A stretch of 37,554 nt of DNA from a virus (lineage: Duplodnaviria > Heunggongvirae > Uroviricota > Caudoviricetes). The DNA lies in the IMG/VR virus record IMGVR_UViG_2695420600_000017; one strand, 5' to 3'. Under the pieces are notes generated by a model, which worked only from the letters and a program-made list of their open reading frames with translations, searched no databases and was not told the origin of the DNA. Each line of letters starts with the position of its first letter. The stretch's first letter is position 1. Positions 1-8,583 of this stretch are shown piece by piece. Position numbers and translations under genes: made by a program.

Positions 1-330
1 GAACGTCTGGTTCAGCAGATTTGGCGCAACTGGCAGATTGTGGTTCGAGTTCGTAGTCGCTCTGAACTTGCGTTTCTGCTTACAGCGTAGCCTTAGCTCC
101 TTACGAAGACGTGCCAGTCGGTCACGACCAACGATGATGCCATTCTCTGCCAGCTCCGTCTGGAGCCGCCGGGTTCCATATGTTTCGCGAGTGCGGATAT
201 GTGCCACCTTAATCTCCAGTTTTAGCCGCTCATCACTTTGTTTTCTGTCTGAGGGTTCATGCTGTACCCAGTTGTAATAACCGCTCCTGGATACACCAAA
301 TACCTGACACATATAGCGCGGCGATTTTTT
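1..330 (-). mobile_element. IS3-family insertion sequence fragment (transposase OrfB-region N-terminal part, runs off window start; no orfA upstream)
   Basis: Hand translation of minus strand from ATG at 310-312 gives MCQVFGVSRSGYYNWVQHEPSDRKQSDERLKLEIKVAHIRTRETYGTRRLQTELAENGIIVGRDRLARLRKELRL..., the typical IS3-family OrfB N-terminal region before the DDE domain. An A7 run sits just upstream (about 324-331). Family-level resemblance ends near 313-330, where the prophage end repeats begin. Confidence 0.55.
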
Positions 331-439
331 TGATACCGATTTGCATTTCATTTGATACCGCTGAAAAACGCCGATACGCAACTTATTTGATACTAAATCG
401 GCGCTTTTCTTTTGAGTTTTAGAATGAGTTTTTAAGCGT
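331..439. repeat. Prophage right-end region with three direct TTGATAC(CG) repeats (candidate transposase-binding sites)
   Basis: TTGATACCG at 330-338 and 352-360, TTGATAC at 387-393; the second repeat TGATACCGCTGAAAAACGCC resembles the recalled Mu right-end sequence TGAAGCGGCGCACGAAAAACGC. Lies between the mom stop (440) and the IS fragment. Exact terminus not determined. Confidence 0.4.
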
Positions 440-1180
440 TCATTCACTCTCTTTCAAACCAGTTTTAACTGTTTGTGGTTTTGGGTAAGGCTGGACTTTG
501 AATAGCTTTGTGTTAAGGCGTTTTCTGGCTCTCTTGTCCAGAAACCGGATGTAACGAAACTGACGGAATTTATGAACACTGGCTCTGTCGATATTAGCCC
601 GCAGATGTTCACCTCGCTGTCCTCCTCGTTTGATTGCATTCTTGCAAATCTCGTGATACCACTCGCCATCAAGTTCATAGAATGTTGTTTCATGACTGCC
701 TACATAATCAAAATTGCTTGCCTGGTACACGACACCAAGACAGCCACAACGCTCATCTGCAAACGACTGAACCCACTGCACCTGCGGATAAAGTTGTCTG
801 ATTAGTTTGAGCGCGTAACTGATTGCCCTTGATTCGGAGTTTCTCGGCATACAGTCATGCAGCCATAACCGGTTAAGCTCCATATATTCGCGGTTCTGCG
901 TGCCAGTTACGACGCGTGCACCATTGTTTGGATTAAGGGCATAACCCCATTGCATTACGCCAACCAGCTCCCGTTCTGAAAATATGCCCAGATGAAGGTA
1001 GGAATTATTTACGAAACGATGGCTGTAATGTTTATTGACGACGACCAGCCGGGCCAGCCAGCAACTTATTGTCTCAACCCGTAACTCACGGGAGCCATAA
1101 CCGACGATATTGTCGTTATAGTGAATAAGTTCAGGCGTGCTGATGATACGGGATGTAACTTGCTTTCTGTTCCCCACGAC
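440..1180 (-). CDS. mom: Mom-like DNA modification protein; start uncertain (GTG at 1178-1180 chosen, ORF is open up to 1372)
   Basis: Long ORF overlapping and directly downstream of a com-like zinc-finger gene, at the extreme right end of a Mu-like prophage, as in Mu. No in-frame ATG near the com stop, so a non-ATG or internal start is inferred. Confidence 0.55.
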   Translation of the reverse strand, partial: VVGNRKQVTSRIISTPELIHYNDNIVGYGSRELRVETISCWLARLVVVNKHYSHRFVNNSYLHLGIFSERELVGVMQWGYALNPNNGARVVTGTQNREYMELNRLWLHDCMPRNSESRAISYALKLIRQLYPQVQWVQSFADERCGCLGVVYQASNFDYVGSHETTFYELDGEWYHEICKNAIKRGGQRGEHLRANIDRASVHKFRQFRYIRFLDKRARKRLNTKLFKVQPYPKPQTVKTGLKESE

Positions 1181-1331
1181 AGGATTTCCTTGTGTATGTG
1201 GGGTGCTCTGTGGCGCTCTGAGATGTGATTTGATTGAGGGTTTTACAGCGCGGACATTTGACTTCCAGATAACTGAAGCTGGCTCGTGCCAGTAGCTTGT
1301 TACAATGTCGGCACCGTATGTTTCGATACAT
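1131..1331 (-). CDS. com: Com-like zinc-finger translational activator of mom
   Basis: [34 protein letters not shown]... carries the CxxC...CxxC pattern and resembles recalled Mu Com (MKSIRCKNCNKLLFKA...RCPRCK). AGGAGG about 10 nt upstream of the ATG at 1329-1331. The track ORF begins at a TTG further upstream. Confidence 0.7.
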   Translation of the reverse strand: MYRNIRCRHCNKLLARASFSYLEVKCPRCKTLNQITSQSATEHPTYTRKSCRGEQKASYIPYHQHA

Positions 1332-1470
1332 GGCCGCATAACCTCCTGCTTTGTTGTTGATATCTTTATCACTCAATCGATCGACAAAAACGATCGATTT
1401 GATTTATTTAATTGATACAACAAATAACACGAAATGTCATTAGCGAAAATTTATGAGTTTGATCACTAAT
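1332..1470 (-). promoter_or_regulatory. Putative com-mom promoter/operator region with GATC (Dam) sites
   Basis: GATC at about 1379-1382 and 1392-1395 (within TCGATCGA and CGATCG palindromes) and again at about 1461-1464, upstream of com. In Mu the mom promoter is controlled through clustered GATC sites. Promoter elements themselves not identified. Confidence 0.3.
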
Positions 1471-1587
1471 TTTAAACGGTGCTGTAACGCATAAGTGCTG
1501 AATGATTGTACATTTGAATACCGCAAAGCAAACAAATCAACTAATTTATAGAAGTCAATTGGTTAATTGCCAGCGTAAGAGGCTGCT

Positions 1588-1881
1588 ATGGACAATCATG
1601 TAACGACGAGAAATCGAAAAATGATTGAAAATGCGGAAATCTATAATGATTATTTTTCCGATTATTCAGATGCCTGCAAATACAGTTCGAGTGCGGGAGA
1701 GTTCATATGCTTCAACTTTTTTATTAAATCTTATGTTTTTCCTCCACAGCAAGAAGATGGAGGTGTGCCACCTCCTGAAATCACTTTGCACCGTATAGCC
1801 TCCGTCTCAATGATGGAGCAACAGGCTAATGAGCTGTATAGCATTCTGGGAACGATTCTACAAAAGCGTGAATCGGACTAA
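1588..1881 (+). CDS. Hypothetical protein (97 aa), plus-strand gene in AT-rich accessory region
   Basis: ORF preceded by GAGG 8-10 nt upstream of the ATG and about 200 bp of AT-rich sequence; no recognisable motif. Confidence 0.35.
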   Translation: MDNHVTTRNRKMIENAEIYNDYFSDYSDACKYSSSAGEFICFNFFIKSYVFPPQQEDGGVPPPEITLHRIASVSMMEQQANELYSILGTILQKRESD

Positions 1882-2048
1882 TGATACCGGTTCATTTGCC
1901 TGCCCGGATGGGGAAGCAGGATTGACTGCTCCATAAGCAGCTATATTTCTGAATACGAAATACTATCCAGCGATTACATATGGCTGGATAGCGGCAAAGA
2001 TGTTTTCATTAGTGTCAAACCGGCAGAGGACACCACCGGTTTGTATTG

Positions 2049-2303
2049 TTACATCATGGTACTGTCAGTTCCGGGCTGAGCCGGGTCTGGTTGCTCTGGC
2101 TGCGCGTCGGTTTTCGGCTCATTATCAGCATCACTGGCCGCAACTGCTGGCCCAATAAGTTTTGCCAGCACTTCATCAACGTAAGTGTCGATTTGTGCCT
2201 CAAAATCCTTGCGGACCTGCGCTTTCAGTAATTTATTTACTTCACCGGAATACAGTGCCTGTTTTACCAGGACTTCAGTGACGGTGCCTTTAATCTCTGG
2301 CAT
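2049..2303 (-). CDS. Hypothetical protein (84 aa), helical N-terminus with acidic Pro/Gln-rich tail
   Basis: Strong SD (AAGGAGG) 7 nt upstream of the ATG; an inverted repeat AAACCGG...CCGGTTT at about 2027-2052 overlaps the stop region. Confidence 0.5.
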   Translation of the reverse strand: MPEIKGTVTEVLVKQALYSGEVNKLLKAQVRKDFEAQIDTYVDEVLAKLIGPAVAASDADNEPKTDAQPEQPDPAQPGTDSTMM

Positions 2304-2338
2304 GTATATCCTCCTTATGTGGGAATACAGCCCTGCAA

Positions 2339-2521
2339 TCAGGGCTGGGTCGGGTCTTTTGGGAGCGGAGTTGCCTGCGCTGTTTTACTGAGCTTTTCAG
2401 CTGCTGCGTCATCAATTTTGCGGCGAACATAATTTCTGATGGCCTTATAACCACCGCTCACCAGATATAACGCACTGACCACAGTGCAGAAATAAAGCAG
2501 CATCGTATGAACAAATGTCAT
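2339..2521 (-). CDS. Small membrane protein (60 aa, one predicted TM helix)
   Basis: N-terminal hydrophobic stretch LLYFCTVVSALYLVSGG followed by a basic/charged tail; lies 35 bp upstream of the 84-aa gene on the same strand. Confidence 0.4.
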   Translation of the reverse strand: MTFVHTMLLYFCTVVSALYLVSGGYKAIRNYVRRKIDDAAAEKLSKTAQATPLPKDPTQP

Positions 2522-2686
2522 ATAACCTTACCTTTGATATTGACTACAGAAACAGTTTTCAGCTAAAAAGTAACCGCGTACATAATGGTCTTCTTTGTCA
2601 GAGGTTGTAGCTTTCCTTAATGGGTTTGGAATATCACCCGCCAGTCAACAAATGGCTCTTTGACCGGCGGGATTTTTTTATCCTGC

Positions 2687-4741
2687 TTACGCGTTATTCA
2701 CTTCCACCACGATACTGTCAATCAGTACCGGGTAAGTCGCATTTTTAGTGATATCGGTCACGCGCAACTTGTCTGCCGTAAACGTGCCGACCGGAGACTG
2801 CGACAGCATGAATGGTGTCCCGTCCTTACCATCAATGACCGGCGTCACCTCAATACTGTTGTTACCGGCAAAACGGAAGCCCAGCGTATGCCATTCGTTA
2901 TTAAATGCGCCGAATGACCCCAGCTTCGTGTTCTGCGCCGTGTTTCCTTTGTGATACATCACGTTAAGGTCTGTGGCATCGCTCTGTACGTAGAACGATG
3001 CCAGCAGGTTATGACCGGCATTTCCTTCCAGAGTAACCCCTTGCGGCAGGGCAGAAACCGGCCAGTACAGCGCCAGTGCGTACTGATTAGCCGTAAGCGC
3101 GCCATCGAGTTTAAAACGACAACTGACAAGACCACCTTTACCCAGCAGGTCCGCACCATTACCAGCATCATGCTCAAGGTACCAGGGGGCTCTTCCTGTT
3201 TCCTTGGTCAGTTTCATTGCCTTACCCCCGCTAGCTCCGGCATCATCCACGATTTGAGCCTTGCCACCTCCGGCAGCCCAACCCTGTGGTGTCAACCGTC
3301 CTTCAGACTCAGATGCCCGGTAAGCAAATAGCGTACTCATCGTCGTGGTGTCTGCGGGTGGCGTGGACGGTTTTGATGGTGTATCAGGTGACGGCTTCTC
3401 ATCCGGTGGTGTCACGGTCTGCCCGCGCATCAGTTCAGCCGTGCGCCCTGCATGGAGCATAATAGCTGAGGCCAGACGGTCTGAAATGACGCCCCTGCGT
3501 GCCCATGAGCTGAAATGGCTGTCACGCTGTGTCGAAACAAAACTGCCCTGGGTTCGGGATGCTGCACCGTAATACCCGACAGCCACAATATCCGGGTCTT
3601 CCGCCGGAGCATTCGTTGGCGTGCTCTGTCCATTCTCATCCGTCAGGAACGGTACAAAGAAAATTTTCTGTGCTTCCTTGCCTTTGTAGCCACCGTATAC
3701 TGCCTCATATTTATCGGTGCCAGCGTTTTTCCAGTAATACGTGGTATCACCGCAAATCCACGGCACCGTGGTGGCATTTCCACTCACGCACTGCGCAGCA
3801 AGCGGAGCCAGGTCAGTTCTGAACTGCTGAACCATGGCCGTGAATAAACTATTATGCTGCTGGCTTCCTGAGGCAAGGTCTGCCTCTCCCTGCATCCAGA
3901 CCACAGCCAGAAGTTTGTTTTTCGGGTTTTTCGCCAGCGCGACTTTGGTGCGGCTTACCAGGTCCTGATACAGAGGTTTACCGGCCCCCCAGCGTGAAGA
4001 ATCAGCGGAAGCACCGCTGGCCTCACTGAATGAGCCGTCGGCTCCAGTGGTGAATGCTGACCCGCCACGACAACAGGGCACCAGAAGTATCCCCGCATTC
4101 TGTGGGATATAGGGAAGCAGTTTTTTGGCAATATGCAACCCCTGACCGACAGTCCCGTACTGGCCTTTTGCCAGATCAGCTTTCGGGTGGTTTATCCCGC
4201 TCATATCCTGAACATCATGCAGGCAGTGGTCTGCCGGAATGATGTCGTTGTATGTACACGACGTACCGTTGGGCGTTACCGTACTGCGGCGTGCCAGTTG
4301 CTTAATGCGTGGGTCCGGGCGGTCAAACGAATCCGGTAACGGCAGCCCCTCGCCGTAGGCCATGCCATTTGACTGACCCGCGAGAATGACAACAAAGTAA
4401 TATTCCGGCTCTGAACTGCTGCCATTCGTGCTACCGGAAGGCCCGGCGTTATCCGGTGCATTCCAGTCGGAGGGCGTGAGCGTTCCGGCCACGTCAGATG
4501 TGATTGGAATGATGCCAGTCACGCCTGAACTGGTGATTTCTGCACTGGGATTACCGGATACCGGCATTACCCATAATGGCTCTTTCGTGCTGAAGCGGAT
4601 CACGCAGTCTGCGAAGGTGATCCCCCCTTTATTACCCGAAGGGCGGAAAGGGCTTTCAATAAATGCCACCGTGCCACCGGCAACCTTGACTGAAAACTCT
4701 CCGGGCATGGCGGAGAGCATTTTCCACTTGGAGTCTGACAT
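2687..4741 (-). CDS. Prophage sialate O-acetylesterase, NanS-p-like (SGNH/SASA esterase domain with N- and C-terminal accessory domains)
   Basis: 684-aa ORF with VVILAGQSNGMAYGEG (GQSN catalytic-serine block) and VVWMQGEAD (QGE(S/A)D block), characteristic of sialate 9-O-acetylesterases. Sits just beyond the tail-fibre genes, as nanS-p genes do in E. coli prophages. Family assignment is from motifs, not a search. Confidence 0.7.
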   Translation of the reverse strand: MSDSKWKMLSAMPGEFSVKVAGGTVAFIESPFRPSGNKGGITFADCVIRFSTKEPLWVMPVSGNPSAEITSSGVTGIIPITSDVAGTLTPSDWNAPDNAGPSGSTNGSSSEPEYYFVVILAGQSNGMAYGEGLPLPDSFDRPDPRIKQLARRSTVTPNGTSCTYNDIIPADHCLHDVQDMSGINHPKADLAKGQYGTVGQGLHIAKKLLPYIPQNAGILLVPCCRGGSAFTTGADGSFSEASGASADSSRWGAGKPLYQDLVSRTKVALAKNPKNKLLAVVWMQGEADLASGSQQHNSLFTAMVQQFRTDLAPLAAQCVSGNATTVPWICGDTTYYWKNAGTDKYEAVYGGYKGKEAQKIFFVPFLTDENGQSTPTNAPAEDPDIVAVGYYGAASRTQGSFVSTQRDSHFSSWARRGVISDRLASAIMLHAGRTAELMRGQTVTPPDEKPSPDTPSKPSTPPADTTTMSTLFAYRASESEGRLTPQGWAAGGGKAQIVDDAGASGGKAMKLTKETGRAPWYLEHDAGNGADLLGKGGLVSCRFKLDGALTANQYALALYWPVSALPQGVTLEGNAGHNLLASFYVQSDATDLNVMYHKGNTAQNTKLGSFGAFNNEWHTLGFRFAGNNSIEVTPVIDGKDGTPFMLSQSPVGTFTADKLRVTDITKNATYPVLIDSIVVEVNNA

Positions 4742-5045
4742 CGTCTTTTCTGCCTGTTTCTGAATTAAACAGAGTCAGAATAACAACCGCTGATAAATAT
4801 GTGTTTTGCGGAAATTCAAAAAAAGCATCACGGTACTTTTTGTGACGGAGCCGGTTAGGCAGGAACATAACGACAAAGGATGGACAGGCCAATACGATAA
4901 CCGCATATTACCGGCTTATAATTGATTTAACGATTCATGACGCTGCGGTCAGCATCTGAAAATATGCGTTATTTCAGAAACCCCTTGCCTGTATATGGCG
5001 ATATTATTATTCCTGTTTTTATCATTGATTTACATGGTGATGTTT

Positions 5046-5567
5046 ATGCAACTGATTAATGTTAAACGATATTACCCGGAACAAAAACCCTTTGGTAATG
5101 ATGTACAGTATTTTCAAAGTGAAGATGGTAAGGATTTCTATGAGTCCCTGCCATTATTCACCAAAAAATATAAACTTTGCATAACCCCTGACAGCGGTGT
5201 TATCTGCTCAATATCACAGGATGCTTCGGCGCTGTATCCTGCGGGTTTTTCCGTTGTTGAGACAGACGAATTACCTGAAGGTACTGATATTTCAGGTAAC
5301 TGGAAGTTTGATAATGGTGTCATCTCACAACTCCCGGTTAACTATACCAAAAAAGCGGAAGCACTGCGCCAGTCATATCTTAATCAGGCATATGAAAAGA
5401 TTAATGACTGGAGAACTGAGTTACAGCTGGGCACGATTAGTGATGAAAACAGAGCTGCGCTTACACGATGGATGAAATACATCAGTCAGGTGAAAAAAAT
5501 GGAACTACCAGCGATTAAAAACAAAGCTGAATTTGACGCCATTAAATGGCCGGAGAAGCCTGAATAA
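5046..5567 (+). CDS. Tail fibre assembly protein (Mu U/U'-like, Tfa family), opposite strand to the late operon
   Basis: DISGNWKFDNGV and LQLGTISDENRAALTRWMKYISQV resemble recalled Mu U (DISGKWMFKDGVV, LRLGIISDENKQKLTEWM). Start chosen at the ATG with GGTGATG upstream; the track ORF starts at 4995. Confidence 0.7.
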   Translation: MQLINVKRYYPEQKPFGNDVQYFQSEDGKDFYESLPLFTKKYKLCITPDSGVICSISQDASALYPAGFSVVETDELPEGTDISGNWKFDNGVISQLPVNYTKKAEALRQSYLNQAYEKINDWRTELQLGTISDENRAALTRWMKYISQVKKMELPAIKNKAEFDAIKWPEKPE

Positions 5568-5570
5568 CAT

Positions 5571-5600
5571 AAAGGGTGCTTATCGCACCCTTTTCCTTTA
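5571..5600. terminator. Bidirectional intrinsic terminator between convergent tfa (+) and S (-)
   Basis: AAAGGGTGC-TTATC-GCACCCTTT hairpin followed by a T-rich tract on both strands, in the 34-bp gap between the two stop codons. Confidence 0.5.
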
Positions 5601-5601
5601 A

Positions 5602-6513
5602 TCAGACGGATGAAACTGTGCGCCAGGCATTACCGATATATATCTGCACCGGACGGTAATAAACGCCTCCGATATTATCGGCTGAACTTTTCCCGGTATC
5701 CTGCACGTTAATACCTGAAAGCATACAACCAGAAGGTGCACCATAACTCCAGGACATTTCATTACCTCCGGGTGAATGGTAACTCTGGGCACCAAGCTGA
5801 ACGTTGCTAACGTATTTGTTATCAGCAGTAGCTTCAGTCATACCGGAGGTAATGTATATGTCCTGCGTCCCGTCAAAAGGAACGCCATTAATATTTCTTG
5901 GGGTGGAGAGTTTATTCGCGGCAACGGCGGTGCCGTCCGATGGCAGAGCATTCGCCGCCTTATTCACCGTTTCCCGTAAACCGACGTTATCGATAAAAGC
6001 CCCTTTATCCGGAATGTCTGCGCCGTTCTGCTCCCTGCGCAGGTAACGGTTATCACCTTCGCTTTTGCTGTAAACATCCAGATTATTACGGGCGGTTCCC
6101 TTATTCTCCAGGTCGGCGAGATTCTGATCCTTCGCCAGGGCATTAACGTCACCGGGACCAAGACTGTTTTTTGTGGCAAGCGTCCCCAGACCAAGATAAC
6201 CACGGGCCAGACGCTGGGCCTCCGCACCGGCATCAGCAATTTCTTTCAGGTTATTTTTCCGGGAAAAGGCATTCGCAGCGATAATGGCTTTAATGGACAG
6301 CGTAAGCTGGTTTAACTGCGCCTTATCCGGCTGAATACTGGCTTCAGCCAGAATATTCAGCAGTTCGGCCTGGAGAATATTCAGCCAGTCCTGACCAATC
6401 CAGCTGATACCTTTTTGTCCGTCACCTTCGGTAAACCAGGTGGTGGTATTACTCTGCGCCGGTGCCAGCGCAGGCATATTCGCCACGCCGGAATTATTAT
6501 CAACATGAAACAT
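5602..6513 (-). CDS. S: Tail fibre protein (Mu S-like; constant N-terminal part plus short variable C-terminal part)
   Basis: Follows the R-like gene in Mu order. 303 aa versus about 500 in Mu. A gix-like site lies at about codon 176, the position of the Sc/Sv junction in Mu. Confidence 0.7.
   Translation of the reverse strand: MFHVDNNSGVANMPALAPAQSNTTTWFTEGDGQKGISWIGQDWLNILQAELLNILAEASIQPDKAQLNQLTLSIKAIIAANAFSRKNNLKEIADAGAEAQRLARGYLGLGTLATKNSLGPGDVNALAKDQNLADLENKGTARNNLDVYSKSEGDNRYLRREQNGADIPDKGAFIDNVGLRETVNKAANALPSDGTAVAANKLSTPRNINGVPFDGTQDIYITSGMTEATADNKYVSNVQLGAQSYHSPGGNEMSWSYGAPSGCMLSGINVQDTGKSSADNIGGVYYRPVQIYIGNAWRTVSSV
5971..5996. other. gix-like (Gin/Hin/Cin/Pin-family) crossover-site sequence inside the tail-fibre gene
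   Basis: TTCCCGTAAACCGACGTTATCGATAA matches the recalled Mu gix site TTCCTGTAAACCGAGGTTTTGGATAA at 22 of 26 positions, including the central GA. Confidence 0.45.
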
Positions 6514-7073
6514 TAAATAGTCTCCTCTTCATGGCTGTTTGCATAAACGTAAATAAACGTCTGCCATGCAGGCTTATAACGGTTCAGAATACATTCCAGC
6601 GCACTGCCTTCATAAATACGCAGCGGCGTGAGAATATCATCCAGCACATTCATATTCCGGTAGCCGGTTTCACTGTTAATCGTGACAATACTGACCCACT
6701 GCGAATCCGGTGAGGGCTGAATGTCAATCTGATAACCAAACTCCGCCGCAAACCGGATATAAAATTCACGGTTCAGCGAGGGCTTCATCCGGTATTTATT
6801 GCCGGCATAACGCTGTCGCTCCGTGAGGGTGGCTCCGGCCATATCACACTCGGGAAGCCCGAGATAACGCTCCCAGTCTTCCAGCAGCAGGCGCGACGTG
6901 TCAGGGAAACGCTCGGCAAGCAGCTGTTTACCCGTCCAGGATACACGCGCTGTCGAATGACTGAGGCCCAGACATAATGATGCCAGTACGGATGACGGAC
7001 GCTTGTCCCATGCCAGCCCGTCAGGCAGTAACTGCAACAGGGCGCGCTGATGTGGGGTCAGGGTTACAGCCAT
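6513..7073 (-). CDS. Tail fibre-associated baseplate protein (Mu gp48/R-like)
   Basis: 186 aa, located between the baseplate J-like gene and the tail fibre gene as in Mu. Confidence 0.65.
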   Translation of the reverse strand: MAVTLTPHQRALLQLLPDGLAWDKRPSSVLASLCLGLSHSTARVSWTGKQLLAERFPDTSRLLLEDWERYLGLPECDMAGATLTERQRYAGNKYRMKPSLNREFYIRFAAEFGYQIDIQPSPDSQWVSIVTINSETGYRNMNVLDDILTPLRIYEGSALECILNRYKPAWQTFIYVYANSHEEETI

Positions 7074-8146
7074 GTGATTTCTCCTACCGTCAGCAGCTCA
7101 CTGTCTCCCGCCTGAACTGACGTCAGCGGACTGCGCACTTCAAAATCCTCCAGATTTTTCACCCCCGCCACAGCACGCCAGAAAGACGACGGCAGAACCA
7201 GACCGCCGGGCCGGGATTCGTTGTATAACAGGTCGGTCAGCGCCTGTTTTACGGCCGCCTGATTCTCCGGTGTTTTCGGGATGATCCTGATGCTGAAGGG
7301 CACCGGCTTATTGGTCAGTTTAAACACGGTCACCGTCGGCCCCAGAGGCTGTCCGACAGGCTGGCCGGTCGCCGGATCATCATGACTGCGGATATAATCC
7401 GCCACCCGCTGAACATCACCGTCACCGGGGAAAATATCCGGGTTATTATCCTGAACAAACGTTACCCCCACGCTGCCCGCCTGCGGCCATTCCGGGCGGC
7501 ACCATGCCCGCGTCACGCCCGGCACTTCACGCGCCCAGCGTTCAAAATCATACTGCGTGCCGCCGGACGGTGGATTCTGCACCCGGAAAACCAGACGGGA
7601 AAGCAGCTCCGGCACGGTTTCCACATCCGCACCACCGGTGATCCCCGTTCCTGTCACCGTGGCCGTCTGGTTGATCCCCGCCTGCGGTGTGATAAATGTC
7701 AGTTTTGTCCCTGCCGGGGCATTCCCCGCACGACCGGCACTTTCGGCTTCCACACTGACATTCAGCGTACCGGCCTTACCGGTCAGTGAGGTGGTGATAC
7801 GGTAAACCACGCCATCACTTCGCTGGAGAAGCACACCTTCCTTGATCCCCGCATCCGTGGTCAGCATCAGCTGAACCGGCCCGTCCCCCCGAGAGGCAGG
7901 CTTACGCATGACGCCCCAGAATGCACAGTGTTTCAGCAGTTCGGCTTCATCGGCTTCGGTCGGGATGATCTGACGCGCAATCCAGGCCAGATGCTCATGC
8001 TCCTGAGCAGATAACCCTGCCTGAGCGTAAGCAATGGCATTCAGGGTGGTTTCATTCACACCCGGCTGCGAGCCGGGCAGGCGCTGGCTGATATCCTGCT
8101 GTGTCTGCGTGATTAACTGTGCCAGCGGTAAAGGCTGATAAGGCAT
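7064..8146 (-). CDS. Baseplate J-like protein (Mu gp47/W-like)
   Basis: 360 aa; position and size as Mu gp47; overlapping start/stop coupling with neighbours. Confidence 0.75.
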   Translation of the reverse strand: MPYQPLPLAQLITQTQQDISQRLPGSQPGVNETTLNAIAYAQAGLSAQEHEHLAWIARQIIPTEADEAELLKHCAFWGVMRKPASRGDGPVQLMLTTDAGIKEGVLLQRSDGVVYRITTSLTGKAGTLNVSVEAESAGRAGNAPAGTKLTFITPQAGINQTATVTGTGITGGADVETVPELLSRLVFRVQNPPSGGTQYDFERWAREVPGVTRAWCRPEWPQAGSVGVTFVQDNNPDIFPGDGDVQRVADYIRSHDDPATGQPVGQPLGPTVTVFKLTNKPVPFSIRIIPKTPENQAAVKQALTDLLYNESRPGGLVLPSSFWRAVAGVKNLEDFEVRSPLTSVQAGDSELLTVGEITWL

Positions 8147-8583
8147 TACTCCCCCTTAAGATCAGCATAAAAAATCATGGGCCTCACTGAACCATCAGGC
8201 AGGGTTATGCGCACCGAAAGCGCCAGCCGCGCGTGCCCCACACGTTCTGCATGACAGACCACGGATGACGCCACGCCATCCTGACTGAGCCAGCCCAGCG
8301 CCTCATCCGCATAGGCACGGGCACGGCTTATCACGGAGGCCAGCGTTTTTTCCCGGCGGAGAAGCCACAGACGGGAGCCAATGGGACGCGGGCGAAAACT
8401 GTCTCCCCACCATCCCCGGCGGTCACGCGTACCGTCAGGGATTTCATCCGATGCCAGCGCCCGGCGGTCAGTAAACAGCGAAATCAGAACGGCCGTCAGC
8501 AGACTGTCATCCGTCAGCAGGTCGGCACCGTTCAGTTGCAGCGAACCGCACCCCTGATCCCATACAATTGCAATATCAGCCAT
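8146..8583 (-). CDS. Baseplate protein (Mu gp46/V-like)
   Basis: Start set at the ATG at 8581-8583 (MADIAIVWDQG...), just upstream of the stop of the preceding gene; 145 aa. The track ORF is extended upstream to 8727. Confidence 0.65.
   Translation of the reverse strand: MADIAIVWDQGCGSLQLNGADLLTDDSLLTAVLISLFTDRRALASDEIPDGTRDRRGWWGDSFRPRPIGSRLWLLRREKTLASVISRARAYADEALGWLSQDGVASSVVCHAERVGHARLALSVRITLPDGSVRPMIFYADLKGE

Noticed and set aside
38-277. 79-aa plus-strand ORF at the window start
   Set aside because: Antisense to the IS3-family transposase frame, which carries recognisable conserved blocks.
2613-2640. Possible second gix-like site downstream of the esterase (TTCCTTAATGGGTTTGGAATATCACC)
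   Set aside because: It fits the 26-bp consensus only with indels and is not an inverted copy of the site at 5971-5996.
2660-4763. Several plus-strand ORFs of 60-126 aa inside the esterase gene
   Set aside because: All are embedded antisense in the 684-aa esterase ORF, which has clear catalytic motifs.
4958-4990. Possible gix half-site upstream of tfa (cagAAACC ... CCTGTA)
   Set aside because: Only fragments of a half-site are present, with wrong spacing.
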